Numbered from the whole stretch's first letter, positions 50,040 to 61,261 are shown. The stretch: 61,567 nt of DNA, filler included, from an uncultured Methanosarcinales archaeon (GCA_964434885.1; 12 parts of 12 records of this genome joined end to end with filler, not necessarily neighbours in it); one strand, 5' to 3'. The notes: generated by a model not told the origin, from the sequence alone. A program made the numbers and translations.

Positions 50040-50491
50040 TCTTCTTCTCTACGAATAACTTTAACGGCATCCATCTTAACTGTGATTGGAATAGGAACAG
50101 CAGCTTCTAATAATTCAACAACAATTTCTTCTTTTTGTTTGTTGATTCTCATTACTTTAGCTTGTTCTCTTTTGAAAGCACCAGAAATAATTTCAACAAT
50201 ATCATTCTTTTTGATATTCATTTCTACTTTCACTTGTTCTAACATATGTTCAATCTCTGGATAAGGAATTTCATGCCCTAAAACTCCTCGAGCATAAGGT
50301 ACTCCACCTAATGCTTGTTCAGCTTGAAGTTTAGATTCGGCTTCCATGAAAATATAACCTCTCATTCCATGAGGTCTAATAACTGCAAAAACTCCAGAAT
50401 CTGCTTTCTGTGTTAGCTTGGAGATTAGAAAATCTATCACTTGGTCTTCTCGATTAGCGGCAGTTCTGATTCCAAAAATTTTTGATTCCAT
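50036..50491 (-). CDS. spt5: Transcription elongation factor Spt5
   Basis: NGN domain (RGYIFMEA) and KOW (VEIISGAFK), VPIPITV. Confidence 0.96.
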   Translation of the reverse strand: MESKIFGIRTAANREDQVIDFLISKLTQKADSGVFAVIRPHGMRGYIFMEAESKLQAEQALGGVPYARGVLGHEIPYPEIEHMLEQVKVEMNIKKNDIVEIISGAFKREQAKVMRINKQKEEIVVELLEAAVPIPITVKMDAVKVIRREEE

Positions 50492-50492
50492 T

Positions 50493-50687
50493 TTATCCGA
50501 ATAATAATTGTTTAATCAGGAAAATAATAAATCCCAAAGCACCAATCACAGCAGCTCCTAAACCAGTAACTTTAACTGTGGTTTTGAACTCTTCTTTATT
50601 TGGTTTTTTAGTTAATCTTAATACTCTACGAGTTTCTTTTAAAAACCTTTTTATTTTCTGAGTTTTGGTTTCTTGATAGACTTCCAT
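50493..50687 (-). CDS. secE: Protein translocase SecE/Sec61-gamma
   Basis: RVLRLTKKP..EEF...G.G...IG.LGF; ftsZ-secE-spt5 order. Confidence 0.95.
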   Translation of the reverse strand: MEVYQETKTQKIKRFLKETRRVLRLTKKPNKEEFKTTVKVTGLGAAVIGALGFIIFLIKQLLFG

Positions 50688-50755
50688 CTTCTAGATTAAT
50701 ATTTTACTTAAAAAACCATATGCTGATTTATAAAGTTTTGGGTTTAAATTAGGGA

Positions 50756-51617
50756 TTAATCCACAAATTCAATTCCCAAATCATTTTCGATCTGTTTCTT
50801 TTTCTTATCAGAAAGAGTTCTTTCTCCACCAAAAATTTGTTCTGAACGAACTCCAGTAATGATGACCATGGTTCTGATGGTTTTATCTAGGTCTTTATAG
50901 ATTTGAGCTCCCCAAATTATTCTCGCATTTTCATCTAATCTTTGAGCTACTGCCTCTACAATAAATCTAGCTTCATTTAAAGTTAAGCTATCTCCACCTG
51001 CAATATTTACTAAAGCACCAGTAGCATTAGTAATGTCCACATCAATTAATGGATTTTCTAAGGCTTTTTGCACTGATTCAGAAGCTCTTTCTTCAGTATC
51101 GGATTCTCCAACTCCAATTAAAGAAACTCCACCTTCGCTCATTACGGTTTTAATATCGGCAAAATCTAAGTTAACTAATCCTGCTTTAGTTACTAATTCA
51201 GCAATACCTTTAACAGCATTAGTTAAGATTTCATCAGCAACTTTAAAAGCAGTATGTAGTGGTAAGTTGGGAGCCAATTCAATCAATTTTTCATTAGGAA
51301 TAACAATAAGGGTATTGATAATCTGCTCCATTTTTTCTAAACCAATCATGGCATTTTCATATCTGCGGTTTCCTTCCATTTGAAAAGGTAAAGTAACAAT
51401 TCCTACAGTTAGAATTCCTAATTTTTTAGCTACATGACCAACTACAGGAGCAGAACCTGTTCCAGTTCCTCCACCTAAACCACAAGTGACAAAAACCATA
51501 TCGGAGTTAAGAAGAGATTTTTTTATGTCAGATTCACTTTCTCGAGCAGCTTCTTCACCAATTTTAGGATTAGAGCCAGCTCCTAAACCTTTGGTTAATT
51601 CTTTTCCAATTAGAATT
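50756..51617 (-). CDS. ftsZ: Cell division protein FtsZ (5' truncated)
   Basis: [21 protein letters not shown]. Confidence 0.97.
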
Positions 51618-51717
51618 NNNNNNNNNNNNNNNNNNNNNNNNNNNNNNNNNNNNNNNNNNNNTTAATTAATTAANNNNNNNNNNNNNNNNNNNNNNNNNNN
51701 NNNNNNNNNNNNNNNNN

Positions 51718-52383
51718 TGTAAGTTTTTGAAAAGAGATTTTGTTTGTTATGCTGTTGGTTTTCAGGATTCTGAGACTAAAGAACCAGAAGATATTACCGA
51801 AGCTAAAAAAGTAGCTAAAGTGTTAGGTTTGAAATTAAAATTTAAGATTTATACTTTGAAAGAAGTAGAAATAATTATTAAAAAAGTGGTTGAGATTTTG
51901 AAACCAGTTGGTAAGACAGATGTAGTGAATGTAGGGGTGGGGGCAGTTGTGTTAGCAGCTAGAGAATTGGGCAAGAAAGAAAAAGTTTTTTTAGGTGGTT
52001 TAGGTTCAGAAGAGATTTTTGCTGGTTATGAGAGACACAAAGTTAAAGATGTCAATGAAGAATGTTGGCAAGGTTTGAAAAAGATGTGGTCTCGTGATTT
52101 GGTTCGAGATTTTAATTTAGCGAAAAAGAGTGAAATTCGGGTGGGAACACCTTTTCTCGACGAGGAATTAATTAAGTATGCGATGCAATTACCTGGTAAG
52201 TGGAAATTAAGTGAAGTAGAGAAGAAAATAATTTTAAGGGAAGTAGCTGAAGAATTTTTGGGAGAATTCGCTTGGCGGAAAAAGAAAGCAGCCCAATATG
52301 GAAGTTGTTTTGATAAAGCAATTGGTAAATTGGCAAAGCAAAAAGGATTTAAATTGAAGAAAGATTATTTAGGGAGTTTGTAG
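51718..52383 (+). CDS. Asparagine synthase C-terminal domain protein (5' truncated)
   Basis: GLGSEEIFAGY, RD, PFLD, KIILR, RKKKAAQYGS. Confidence 0.88.
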   Translation, partial: CKFLKRDFVCYAVGFQDSETKEPEDITEAKKVAKVLGLKLKFKIYTLKEVEIIIKKVVEILKPVGKTDVVNVGVGAVVLAARELGKKEKVFLGGLGSEEIFAGYERHKVKDVNEECWQGLKKMWSRDLVRDFNLAKKSEIRVGTPFLDEELIKYAMQLPGKWKLSEVEKKIILREVAEEFLGEFAWRKKKAAQYGSCFDKAIGKLAKQKGFKLKKDYLGSL

Positions 52384-52388
52384 TTAGT

Positions 52389-53501
52389 TTACTTCAAATG
52401 GATTTCAACAATGTCATTATCTCCTAGTTTGTAATCTAAACCTACTGCTGCTCCATCGTGTTTAGCGCTACCCCAAACACGAGCGTATTTGAATTTTTTA
52501 ATGAAGTCTTTGTGAACATGCATGGCCATATCTTTGATTGAGCTTCCGATTTTCAAAGTGATTGGTTCGGTCATTTTAGGTTTCTTGCCAGGTTCTTTGG
52601 TGTAGACCTTGATTAATCTCAATTTTTCCCACATTTTTTCTTGTAATAAATCTAAATTGAATTTTTCAGTAACCGAAGTAGGAAGAATTTCAAAGTTTTG
52701 GTGTTTTAACAACTTACCTTTAGTTTGTTTATTCCAAACAATTAATGCAGGTAAGTAAGCTAATTTTTCATTCATCACTTCAAAAAAATCATCTAATTCC
52801 ACTGGTTCAAAAACTTCAATTATTGCATTAGCAACATTGTTTTCTCGAAGAACTTTTTTGACATCATCCATCTCTGCTTTGATGAGTTTTTCTCCGATAA
52901 ATTCTAAACCATCAGTAGAAGTTTTTCTAATACGAATAGCGGGTTTTGGTTTATTTAGTAAGATGTGGCTGTCTGAGAAATCTTTGAGTAATTGTTTAAC
53001 TTGTTTTAAATCATCTACAACAATTAAAGCCAAATCAGCGTTTCGGATAATGGCAAAATAAGTAGCTTGTTTTAAAGCAGCATCTGGGTTTAAAGGAGGA
53101 AGATCAACTAATTGTAGTTTAACAGTTTGATAATCCAAAGTCCCCAAGTTTGGTTTAGTAGTAGTAAAAGGATATTCAGCAGTATCATATTGGGCATTTG
53201 TTAAGGCATTAAGCAAAGAAGTTTTTCCTGTATTCGGAGGACCAACCAAAACTACTTGGGCCGCCCCTTCTTTTTTTACAGATAAAGAATAACCTTTCTT
53301 TTTTGTTTCTTTTTCTTTCAAAAGTTTTTCTTTTATTTTAGAAATTTTGGTTTTGATCTCTGCTCTTAATGTTTCACCCCCTTTGTGAGAAGGAGCTTCT
53401 CGTAACATAACTTCCAAACATTTCAGTTTTTCAATATCCGTTGAGGCTTGTTGATAATCTCTTTCAGCTTTAGCATATTCAACTGTGGCGTTAATTGGCA
53501 T
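52389..53501 (-). CDS. DRG/OBG-family GTPase with TGS domain
   Basis: HKGGE, GPPNTGKT, YPFTT, IKVYTKEPG, YARVWG. Confidence 0.93.
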   Translation of the reverse strand: MPINATVEYAKAERDYQQASTDIEKLKCLEVMLREAPSHKGGETLRAEIKTKISKIKEKLLKEKETKKKGYSLSVKKEGAAQVVLVGPPNTGKTSLLNALTNAQYDTAEYPFTTTKPNLGTLDYQTVKLQLVDLPPLNPDAALKQATYFAIIRNADLALIVVDDLKQVKQLLKDFSDSHILLNKPKPAIRIRKTSTDGLEFIGEKLIKAEMDDVKKVLRENNVANAIIEVFEPVELDDFFEVMNEKLAYLPALIVWNKQTKGKLLKHQNFEILPTSVTEKFNLDLLQEKMWEKLRLIKVYTKEPGKKPKMTEPITLKIGSSIKDMAMHVHKDFIKKFKYARVWGSAKHDGAAVGLDYKLGDNDIVEIHLK

Positions 53502-53592
53502 TTTTAAAGATAATTTAGTTGTGGTTTATAAAATTTTTTTGGATATTTGGTATTTCAATAAACCTTATAAACCATAAAACAATTCTTTAGAT

Positions 53593-54111
53593 ATGTTGGA
53601 GTTATTAAAAGTTATTGAAACTAAGCTAGCAGCCATAGTAATTTTATTGGTGGGTTTAATTGTTGGTTTAGTTGTTAGAAAAGTTTTGAAGAAAGTTTTA
53701 CACGAAATCGAATTAGATAAAAACATCAATCGTTTTGGGAAAAATTATAAATTAGAAAGCAAGCTAAGTAATTTGGCTGCATATATTATTTATTTTTTAG
53801 CGTTAGTTATTTTTTTGAACCAATTAGGAATAACTTCTTTGATTTTGTATGTAGTAGCAGGAGTTATTTTGCTTTTGTTAGGAGGAGCATTTTTGTTAGG
53901 TGTTAAAGATTTTATACCTAATTTTATGGCTGGATTAAGTCTTTCTCGTAAAGGAGATTTAGCAGTTGGAAAAAAAATAACTGTGAATAAAATAAAAGGA
54001 AAAATTACTAAATTAGGGTTATTAGAGATTGAAGTAGAAACAAGAAAGAAAGACAAAATATTTATTCCTAACGCATTGTTGGTTAAATCAAAATTCTTAC
54101 TTAAAGATTAG
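53593..54111 (+). CDS. Small MscS-family mechanosensitive channel
   Basis: KDFIPNFMAG, IFIPN. Confidence 0.82.
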   Translation: MLELLKVIETKLAAIVILLVGLIVGLVVRKVLKKVLHEIELDKNINRFGKNYKLESKLSNLAAYIIYFLALVIFLNQLGITSLILYVVAGVILLLLGGAFLLGVKDFIPNFMAGLSLSRKGDLAVGKKITVNKIKGKITKLGLLEIEVETRKKDKIFIPNALLVKSKFLLKD

Positions 54112-54340
54112 CGCTTTCTAACAAAGAAACAACATCCCATATTTGGGTACGATCATAAGAAGGAATTTCTGAAGAATCTAAATCTTCCAATTCTCGAAGC
54201 GCTTGATCAACATTAGAATCTGATTTTAGATTTAATAAATTAATAATTAAATCTGCTTTTTCTTTAACTTTTCTAATTGTCATAGGGTCTTCTTTAAGAA
54301 ATTCTAATGCTTCAATGACTTCTTGATACTGGTTACTCAT
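54101..54340 (-). CDS. UPF0147 family protein
   Basis: PSYDRTQIWDVVSLLE. Confidence 0.85.
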   Translation of the reverse strand: MSNQYQEVIEALEFLKEDPMTIRKVKEKADLIINLLNLKSDSNVDQALRELEDLDSSEIPSYDRTQIWDVVSLLESANL

Positions 54341-54651
54341 TTTTTCATACTTTCCATCACTTTTTTTTGCAATTCTTCAGTTTTTTCTTTTAATGTGGTT
54401 TCTTGTTTTTCGAAATTTTTAATTCTCAAATTTAAAAGTTCTTCTTTTTCTTTTAACTCTTTTTGTAATTCTTCTTTTTTACTTGAAACCATGATGTTTC
54501 CTAATATTTTATAAGTAGTTTCAGAAGTTTCAATCTCTTTTAAAGCAGAACTAATTTCAGTAAGTTGTTTTTGAAATTGTTGTTTTTGAACTAGAATATT
54601 TTGTAGATTTTGCTGGAGCAATTGTAATTGAGTTAAATCTGCATCAGTCAT
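54337..54651 (-). CDS. pfdB: Prefoldin beta subunit
   Basis: Coiled coils flanking YKILGNIMV. Confidence 0.92.
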   Translation of the reverse strand: MTDADLTQLQLLQQNLQNILVQKQQFQKQLTEISSALKEIETSETTYKILGNIMVSSKKEELQKELKEKEELLNLRIKNFEKQETTLKEKTEELQKKVMESMKK

Positions 54652-54653
54652 TT

Positions 54654-54791
54654 TTACCTAGCTTTTATTTTAGTAACTACTTTTCTATCTTTGTATAGAA
54701 TTTTAGAACCACAATATGGACATCTTACTTTAGTTTTGGCATACCTATCTCTTTCTATTTTTTTCCCACAATTAAAGCATTTATAATACAT
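54654..54791 (-). CDS. rpo12: RNA polymerase subunit Rpo12 (P)
   Basis: MYYKCFNCGK...VRCPYCGSKILYKDR...KAR*; below the ORF-track cutoff. Confidence 0.93.
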   Translation of the reverse strand: MYYKCFNCGKKIERDRYAKTKVRCPYCGSKILYKDRKVVTKIKAR

Positions 54792-54794
54792 TTT

Positions 54795-54986
54795 CTAAGG
54801 TGAGTAGGCCCGGCCAGCAAATTTTTGTTCACATTTACGACATTCCCAGATACCAACAGCTACTCTTTTAACTCCATTTTTATTACAATAAGGACATTTA
54901 TGTTTGCTTCTTTGTTGTTGTTCTATTTGAGCAAACTTTTTCTTTGGTCTTCGTCCATATCTTGCTCCAAATCTTTTAGTCGGCAT
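54795..54986 (-). CDS. rpl37ae: 50S ribosomal protein eL43 (L37Ae)
   Basis: RFGARYG, CPYC, GIWECRKC, FAG.AY. Confidence 0.96.
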   Translation of the reverse strand: MPTKRFGARYGRRPKKKFAQIEQQQRSKHKCPYCNKNGVKRVAVGIWECRKCEQKFAGRAYSP

Positions 54987-55100
54987 TTTAGGTTATTTTG
55001 NNNNNNNNNNNNNNNNNNNNNNNNNNNNNNNNNNNNNNNNNNNNTTAATTAATTAANNNNNNNNNNNNNNNNNNNNNNNNNNNNNNNNNNNNNNNNNNNN

Positions 55101-55338
55101 AAAAATACAAATAATTTCCGGAGAATTATTGCAAACTAAAATGCTCTCCTTTATTGAAGGACATCAATGTATTTCAAAATTATTTAAGCCTCAGGTTTCC
55201 ATTATTCATAACCTAAGTGAATTAATTAGTGAAAAGGAAATGCTTGCCAATTATGAAAAAATTAGAAAAGGAAAAAATTCACATATTAATGTCCATATCA
55301 TTTCAGACGGACGTAAAGCCTACATTCAAAGAATATGA
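55101..55338 (+). CDS. Hypothetical protein C-terminus (5' truncated)
   Basis: Open frame ending in an ATGA overlap with the next gene. Confidence 0.5.
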
Positions 55339-56072
55339 AACCAAAAATAATGACTGTAGACTTGGAAAATGATTTACGCTCTTCTAAATGTCAAAGTATT
55401 ACTTCCATCGTTCCAAAACTTTTAGATTACTTCGACGACCAAAAAATAAAAGCCACTTTTTTCACGGTTTCTTCTTTGTTAGAAAAATATGAAAATGAAA
55501 TTAAAGAAATTTCTCAAAAACATGAAATTGCTTCTCATTCTCACACCCATAATTGGTTAAACAACCATAATGCGGAATTTGAAATTAAAACCTCCAAAGA
55601 AAAATTCCAAGAATACAAAATTCCCTGTTCTGGATTTAGAGCTCCTGGTTTTATCACTACCAAAAATCATTTTTCTCTCTTAAAAAAATACAATTACAAA
55701 TATGATTCTTCCTTGGCAACTTTTTTACCTGGAAGATATTCTAATTTCAATCTACCTCAAAAACCATTTACCAAAAAACAAATCATCGAATTTCCAATGC
55801 CAACTTTCATCTATCCTTCAATCAATTCTGGACTTACTTACTTGAAATTACTACATCCTTTCTCCAAATTATTTCCACAAAAATACATGTTTTATTTACA
55901 TCCCTGGGAATTTCTAAATAAAAACAAATTATCTAAATCAAATTCTTTAATTTCTAACTTTCTAACTAGAAACTCCGGGAAAAAAGCTTGGAATATATTT
56001 ACTAACTACATTGAAAAACAACCAAACAAATGGATTTCATGTAATGACTGGATTGAAAAAAGAAATTCTTAA
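55335..56072 (+). CDS. Polysaccharide deacetylase family protein
   Basis: TVDLE, ATFF, HEIASHSHTH, GFRAP, YDSS, YLHPWE. Confidence 0.92.
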   Translation: MKPKIMTVDLENDLRSSKCQSITSIVPKLLDYFDDQKIKATFFTVSSLLEKYENEIKEISQKHEIASHSHTHNWLNNHNAEFEIKTSKEKFQEYKIPCSGFRAPGFITTKNHFSLLKKYNYKYDSSLATFLPGRYSNFNLPQKPFTKKQIIEFPMPTFIYPSINSGLTYLKLLHPFSKLFPQKYMFYLHPWEFLNKNKLSKSNSLISNFLTRNSGKKAWNIFTNYIEKQPNKWISCNDWIEKRNS

Positions 56073-56150
56073 AACTAACCAAAAAATTTATATAATAATA
56101 AGTAAATTAAGTAATTTAAGTAAAAATAAATTATTAAGGAGGATAAGAAA

Positions 56151-56372
56151 ATGGTAAATATGACTTTATCTCTTCCAGATAAACTACATAAAAAAATGAG
56201 AGAATTTCCAGAAATAAAATGGGCTGAAATTGCTAGAAGAGCAATAGAACAAAGAGTAACCGACTTAAAAACAATTAACCAATTAGCTTCTAAAAGTAAA
56301 CTAACCAAACAAGATGTTGAAGAATTAAGTAAAAAAATAAAAGCCGGAGCAACAAGGAGATTCTTGGCATGA
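56151..56372 (+). CDS. RHH/CopG-like antitoxin
   Basis: MVNMTLSLPD...IKWAEIARRAI; AGGAGG SD; overlaps the PIN gene. Confidence 0.8.
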   Translation: MVNMTLSLPDKLHKKMREFPEIKWAEIARRAIEQRVTDLKTINQLASKSKLTKQDVEELSKKIKAGATRRFLA

Positions 56373-56791
56373 TTATTGTTATAGACTCCAATATTTTTAT
56401 GTCTGCTTTAATAAAAGATTCTTTAACTAGAAAATTAATGGTGGAATGTTCACAAAGATTATTGTTTCCAGAAATAATATTTGATGAAATGAGAAAACAC
56501 AAAAATGAAATTATTAAAAAATCTAAATTAACCAAAGAAGAATACGAAAAATTAATATCAAAACTTCTTAGTTATGTTGAAATTATTCCTTTAGAAACCA
56601 TTAGACAATTCAGATGGGAAGCAAAAAAGATAATGGAACATATTGATCCAAATGATGTCCTCTTTATAGCTACTGCTTTGGCTTATGAATCAGCATATAT
56701 CTGGAGTGATGACAAACATTTTCAACAACAAGATAAAATTAATATTTTTACAACATCAGAAATGATTCATTTATTTTTAGACAAACATTAA
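56369..56791 (+). CDS. PIN-domain toxin (VapC-like)
   Basis: VIDSNI, DE, DPNDVLF, WSDD. Confidence 0.9.
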   Translation: MIIVIDSNIFMSALIKDSLTRKLMVECSQRLLFPEIIFDEMRKHKNEIIKKSKLTKEEYEKLISKLLSYVEIIPLETIRQFRWEAKKIMEHIDPNDVLFIATALAYESAYIWSDDKHFQQQDKINIFTTSEMIHLFLDKH

Positions 56792-56816
56792 TAAAACATA
56801 ATAAAATCATCTGACT

Positions 56817-57203
56817 ATGAAAACAATCATTTTAGACACTAACACCTTAATGGCTATTGGTCAATTTAAGCTAGATATCTTCTCCGAAATAAAAAAAATA
56901 TGTGATTTTTCTTATCAATTAAACATTGTCAAAGGTACAATAGACGAGTTAAACAAAATAATCCAAGAACAATCTGGAAAACACAAACTTAATGCTAAAT
57001 TAGCTTTAGATATCATAAAAAAGAAGAAAATCAAATTACTTCCCGGACCAAACAATAAAGAAACAGTAGATGATTTATTGGTAAAAAAAGCTGAAAAAGG
57101 AGCAATTATTGCTACCCAAGATCAAGCTTTAAAAAAAAGAATCAAAGCCGTTGAAGGTAAATTATTGGTCATCCGTCAGAAGAAAAAAGTGATTTTAATA
57201 TAA
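56817..57203 (+). CDS. PIN-domain protein (Fcf1/Utp23-like)
   Basis: ILDTN, DEL, VDD, ATQD..LK, IRQKK; usual position before rpo7. Confidence 0.88.
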   Translation: MKTIILDTNTLMAIGQFKLDIFSEIKKICDFSYQLNIVKGTIDELNKIIQEQSGKHKLNAKLALDIIKKKKIKLLPGPNNKETVDDLLVKKAEKGAIIATQDQALKKRIKAVEGKLLVIRQKKKVILI

Positions 57204-57266
57204 TTTAAAGCAAAAATTTATAAATCAGATGATAAAAGTTAGTTAAACTAAGAAAATAAGATAAAA

Positions 57267-57839
57267 ATGTTTTATAAAGTTAAAGTCAAGGATTTTGTTC
57301 GGGTACCACCCGCAATGTTTAGCTCCAGCAAGAAAGAAGCTATTCTAAAAAATATCCAAGAAAGTTATGAAAATTATGTTTCTAAAGAATTAGGTTTTGT
57401 CATTAGTGTTTCAGAAATCGGCGACGCAGATGAGGGAGTAATTGTTCCAGGAGATGGAGCAGGTTACTATGAAGCTGAATTTGAATTATTAACTTTTAAA
57501 CCAGAAATGAATGAAGTAGTTTATGGAAGAATCAAAGATGTTGTTGATTTCGGAGCTTTTGTAGAAGTTGGAGCTACAGAAGGAATGGTCCACATTGGTC
57601 AAAGTATGGATGATTTCGTTTCCTTTAGCAAAGACAAAGTCTTACAAGGTAAAAAAAGTGGACGTAGTCTAAAAGTAGGAGACAAATGTAAAGCTCGAAT
57701 TATCGCTGTTAGTTTCCGTGATATGAATAATCCAAAAATTGGTTTAACCATGAGACAAGAAGGTTTAGGTAAACTAGAATGGCTAAACCAAGATGAAACT
57801 AATGTTGCTAAACCAAAAGAAGAAAAAGATAATAATTAA
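57267..57839 (+). CDS. rpo7: RNA polymerase subunit Rpo7 (E')
   Basis: VRVPP, PGDG, FGAFV, IGLTMRQ.GLG..EW. Confidence 0.97.
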   Translation: MFYKVKVKDFVRVPPAMFSSSKKEAILKNIQESYENYVSKELGFVISVSEIGDADEGVIVPGDGAGYYEAEFELLTFKPEMNEVVYGRIKDVVDFGAFVEVGATEGMVHIGQSMDDFVSFSKDKVLQGKKSGRSLKVGDKCKARIIAVSFRDMNNPKIGLTMRQEGLGKLEWLNQDETNVAKPKEEKDNN

Positions 57840-57841
57840 AA

Positions 57842-58030
57842 ATGGCTAAGAAAAAAGCATGTAAAAAATGTAAGATGTTTGTTGAGGGAGGAGTTTGTCC
57901 TGGTTGTAAAGGAAATTCTTTCAGCAATAACTGGCAAGGCCGATTATTCATAAATGATGTTAATAATTCAATGATCGCAGAGAAAATTGGAATTAAAGTT
58001 AAAGGTGAATATGCAATCAAGGTGAAATAA
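57842..58030 (+). CDS. spt4: Transcription elongation factor Spt4 (RpoE'')
   Basis: ACKKC...CPGC...WQG...GEYAIKV. Confidence 0.95.
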   Translation: MAKKKACKKCKMFVEGGVCPGCKGNSFSNNWQGRLFINDVNNSMIAEKIGIKVKGEYAIKVK

Positions 58031-58382
58031 TGAAAATTGAAATTACAGAAAAAAAAGAAAACAAATTACTAGGACGTTTAGAAGTTTCTGGTAAATTAAA
58101 CTTCTCTGGAGCTGTTCCTGCTAACGATGTTTTGCAAGCCCAATTAGCAGTTGATTTAAAAGTAGAAAAAGATTTGGTAGTTATTAAAAATATTTATTCA
58201 AAATTTAGTCATCAAGAAGCAGAATTTTTAGCTTTGGTTTACAACGATAAAGAAAAGATGGATAAAGCAGAAGTAATGACTAAACATCTTCGAAAAAAAG
58301 CTGAAGAGGATGCTAAAAAAGCTAAAGAAGCAGCTGAAAAGAAAGAAGAAGAAAAACCAGCTGAGGAAGAAAAAGTTGAGGA
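58030..58382 (+). CDS. rps24e: 30S ribosomal protein eS24 (3' truncated)
   Basis: KENKLLGRLEV; position after spt4. Confidence 0.85.
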
Positions 58383-58482
58383 NNNNNNNNNNNNNNNNNN
58401 NNNNNNNNNNNNNNNNNNNNNNNNNNTTAATTAATTAANNNNNNNNNNNNNNNNNNNNNNNNNNNNNNNNNNNNNNNNNNNN

Positions 58483-59109
58483 ATTATATCTAATTGGATA
58501 AGACATCAAAGCTGGAAAATCTTGCTGCATTTTGGCTAACATGTTCTTACAAATTTTATTCCGCCGATCAAACAAAGTTGGAATAATTTTGCTGATTTTG
58601 ATATTGTGATTATAATGTTCATTAATCTTATTTACAATATCAGTCATTTTACCCAAAGCATCATATCCCAGAAAATCAGTAGCTACTGGAACAAAAGCTT
58701 CTGTTCCCAAAGTTAAAGCATTTTGATTCAAAACCCCCAATGATGGAGGACAGTCAATAATCATATAATCATAACCATTAATCTTACTCAACATATCTTT
58801 CAATAATAGACGAGAACTGTCATCTTTAACCAAATAATGTTCTAATTTAACCAAATTTTCTTTTGAAGTAATAATATCAAAATTTTCTGCAATGTGAATA
58901 ATACATTGTTGTAATGGTAATTTGCCTACTGCCGCATCATATAAATCATATTCTGCATTAACTTTTAATGAAGCATCAATATTTCCTTGAGGATCCAAAT
59001 CCACCAATAATACTTTTTTGTCTCTCCGAGAAATTCCAGCTGCTAAATTAATCGCTGTTGTTGTTTTACCTACTCCCCCTTTATAATTAAAAATACAGAT
59101 TGTTCTCAT
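58483..59109 (-). CDS. ParA/Soj-family ATPase (3' truncated)
   Basis: KGGVGKTT, VDLDPQGN, IIDCPP. Confidence 0.95.
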
Positions 59110-59191
59110 GTTATCTACCTCTTGATGTTTTTTAAGGAAAGTTTTGCTTAGCTTTATAAAGATTATTAAAGTCGATTAGTTATTAAAGAAT

Positions 59192-60709
59192 TCATTCAAA
59201 ACCCTGAAAACTTCTAGTCACATTTTCTTTTTTATCTTTTTTAACAAATTCTTCAAATAATGGGATTTTAATTGGAACAGCAAATTTAGTAAACACTGAA
59301 GTTACTAGAGCTTCTCCTTTGTCTAAAGAAGCAATGTTCCGAGAATCTTGACTTAAATCTTGTGGCGAAGATTCAATCACTGCTTGTCTTTCTGAACCCA
59401 TTTCTACGCCCAAAATTATTTTAGTATTCATGTTGGCTAACACAGTCTTCGGAATTTCTGAAGGTAGTTGAGTTATAGCGACTAAACCCACTTTAAATTT
59501 ACGACCTTCTCTAGCAATCGTTGAAAATATATTAGGGCCTTTTTCTAAAACTTGTTTACCTAAAACCCTTGGCGCTTCTTCAATAACAATACTTATTACT
59601 GGTTTTTCTACTAAACTCCCATGTGTTTTATAATATTTGTACTTGTTAAAAATTTCAGTTGTTATTAAACCACCAACTAAAATTTCAATCGCTCCCGAAA
59701 ATAAAGAAGTATCTACTACTACAACTTTTCCTTGTTCTAAATCTCTACAGATATCACCAATAGTATTTTCTCCTGCAACATTATCAAAGATTCCTTCACA
59801 ATGGATTTCACCAGCAGACAATTCCAATCCCAATAATCCAATTAATCTTCTTTTTACCACAGCAATTGTATCTTCATGAAAACTAACTCCTTCAATTTTA
59901 ACTTCTTTTAAGATCATAGAGATCCAATTCTCCTTAAATTTCTTGTAATAAGCAAACAATGCTTGTCTTTGTGGATCAGAAAAATAAACTGCTCCTTCAA
60001 AATGTTCTGGTTTTAATAAATTGACATTTATTTTCAAACTTCTGGTCCCAGGAAGAGGATTAACACTATAGTATGTTACTTTTTCTCGATGAGGATGGTC
60101 TTTCAATCCCAATTCACTCCGACCATAATATTCATCATGAGGATCTAAAACCAACATTCCACAAAAATCTTTATTCAAAACATCCCATAAAATACAAGAA
60201 ACCAGATTGCTTTTTCCTTTACCTGTACTAGCAGGAATTAAAACATGTTCACTAAAAACTTTTTCTCCTGGAAGAAAAATGTCAACATCTAAAACAGCAC
60301 TACCACTTCTTAAGTTACCTAAATAAAAAGGATTTCTTGGTTTAGTAATAAATGATAAGTCTTCTTTAACAATTTCTCTGGCTTTAGTAAAAAATGCAGG
60401 TAGTTCTTTACATATTTTGCTTTGACCTTCTTTCACCACTAGAACTGGTTTTAAAAAAGCCAATTGGTAATTTCTTAATTCTTTTTCCATGATTTCAAAA
60501 TTACCTTCTACTAAATTCATTCCCGAAACCAATTCTAAGATTTGTGGACTAATTTGAGAACCATATTTAAGTTCATAAACCTGTAGAATAAATTTTTGCC
60601 GAACATCATCCAGTACAACTAGTTCACCCAATTCTAATTTCTCATTGGCTTTAATACGAACAACAATCTTACTAATATCTCCAGATACAACTTGGGCTTT
60701 TGTCTTCAT
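59192..60709 (-). CDS. herA: HerA-family helicase/ATPase
   Basis: HAS-barrel-like N-terminus, [35 protein letters not shown]. Confidence 0.88.
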   Translation of the reverse strand: MKTKAQVVSGDISKIVVRIKANEKLELGELVVLDDVRQKFILQVYELKYGSQISPQILELVSGMNLVEGNFEIMEKELRNYQLAFLKPVLVVKEGQSKICKELPAFFTKAREIVKEDLSFITKPRNPFYLGNLRSGSAVLDVDIFLPGEKVFSEHVLIPASTGKGKSNLVSCILWDVLNKDFCGMLVLDPHDEYYGRSELGLKDHPHREKVTYYSVNPLPGTRSLKINVNLLKPEHFEGAVYFSDPQRQALFAYYKKFKENWISMILKEVKIEGVSFHEDTIAVVKRRLIGLLGLELSAGEIHCEGIFDNVAGENTIGDICRDLEQGKVVVVDTSLFSGAIEILVGGLITTEIFNKYKYYKTHGSLVEKPVISIVIEEAPRVLGKQVLEKGPNIFSTIAREGRKFKVGLVAITQLPSEIPKTVLANMNTKIILGVEMGSERQAVIESSPQDLSQDSRNIASLDKGEALVTSVFTKFAVPIKIPLFEEFVKKDKKENVTRSFQGFE

Positions 60710-61122
60710 TTTGCAGCTTGTTTTTTCTCCAATTTTTGGAAGAATTTAAATTTCTTTTCTGGAACTCTTTTTTCCAAATCTCTCATAAAAAGAAACATTT
60801 TGGCCATAACTTCATTTACTTGTTCATATAAATTGACAAATTCAGTTTGGGTAATATAACCCAGGTCTTTTGATAAATTTAACAAAACTTCAACTTCTTT
60901 GGCAGATCCAAAGCCATAAGTTAAAAATTGTAAGAATTCCCTATTACTTCTTCTTGAAGACCCCTCCGCAATATTTAGTGGAATTGAGACTACTGCCCGT
61001 CTTAATTGTTGACTAATATTTTTGTGTTCAAATTCTGGAAACTTTTCTGTAGTCTTATATACTTTAAGTGTAAAATTATAACTTAAATTATATATTTGCA
61101 AGTCTTTGTAATTACGCGCCAT
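60706..61122 (-). CDS. Four-helix-bundle protein (23S rRNA IVP / bAvd-like family)
   Basis: [31 protein letters not shown]. Confidence 0.93.
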   Translation of the reverse strand: MARNYKDLQIYNLSYNFTLKVYKTTEKFPEFEHKNISQQLRRAVVSIPLNIAEGSSRRSNREFLQFLTYGFGSAKEVEVLLNLSKDLGYITQTEFVNLYEQVNEVMAKMFLFMRDLEKRVPEKKFKFFQKLEKKQAAK

Positions 61123-61261
61123 ATGGTTTGGCTAAGATTAAATAATATAAAGATTTCTATCTTCGAGAGATTGTTTTTTTATCTCGAATAAATGGCCTAG
61201 CTGTCGCTAATTTATAATTCATTGAAGAAGAAAAAATAAAAATGAACCATACATAAATTAG

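Noticed and set aside
6806..58482. Regularly recurring TTAATTAATTAA as a biological repeat
   Set aside because: Always embedded in 44+44 Ns; an artificial six-frame-stop linker between size-sorted contigs. ORFs ending in X...LIN are artefacts.
60706..61122. Avd of a diversity-generating retroelement, or a 23S intervening sequence
   Set aside because: No reverse transcriptase or adenine-mismatched TR/VR pair seen; the gene lies outside the rRNA.
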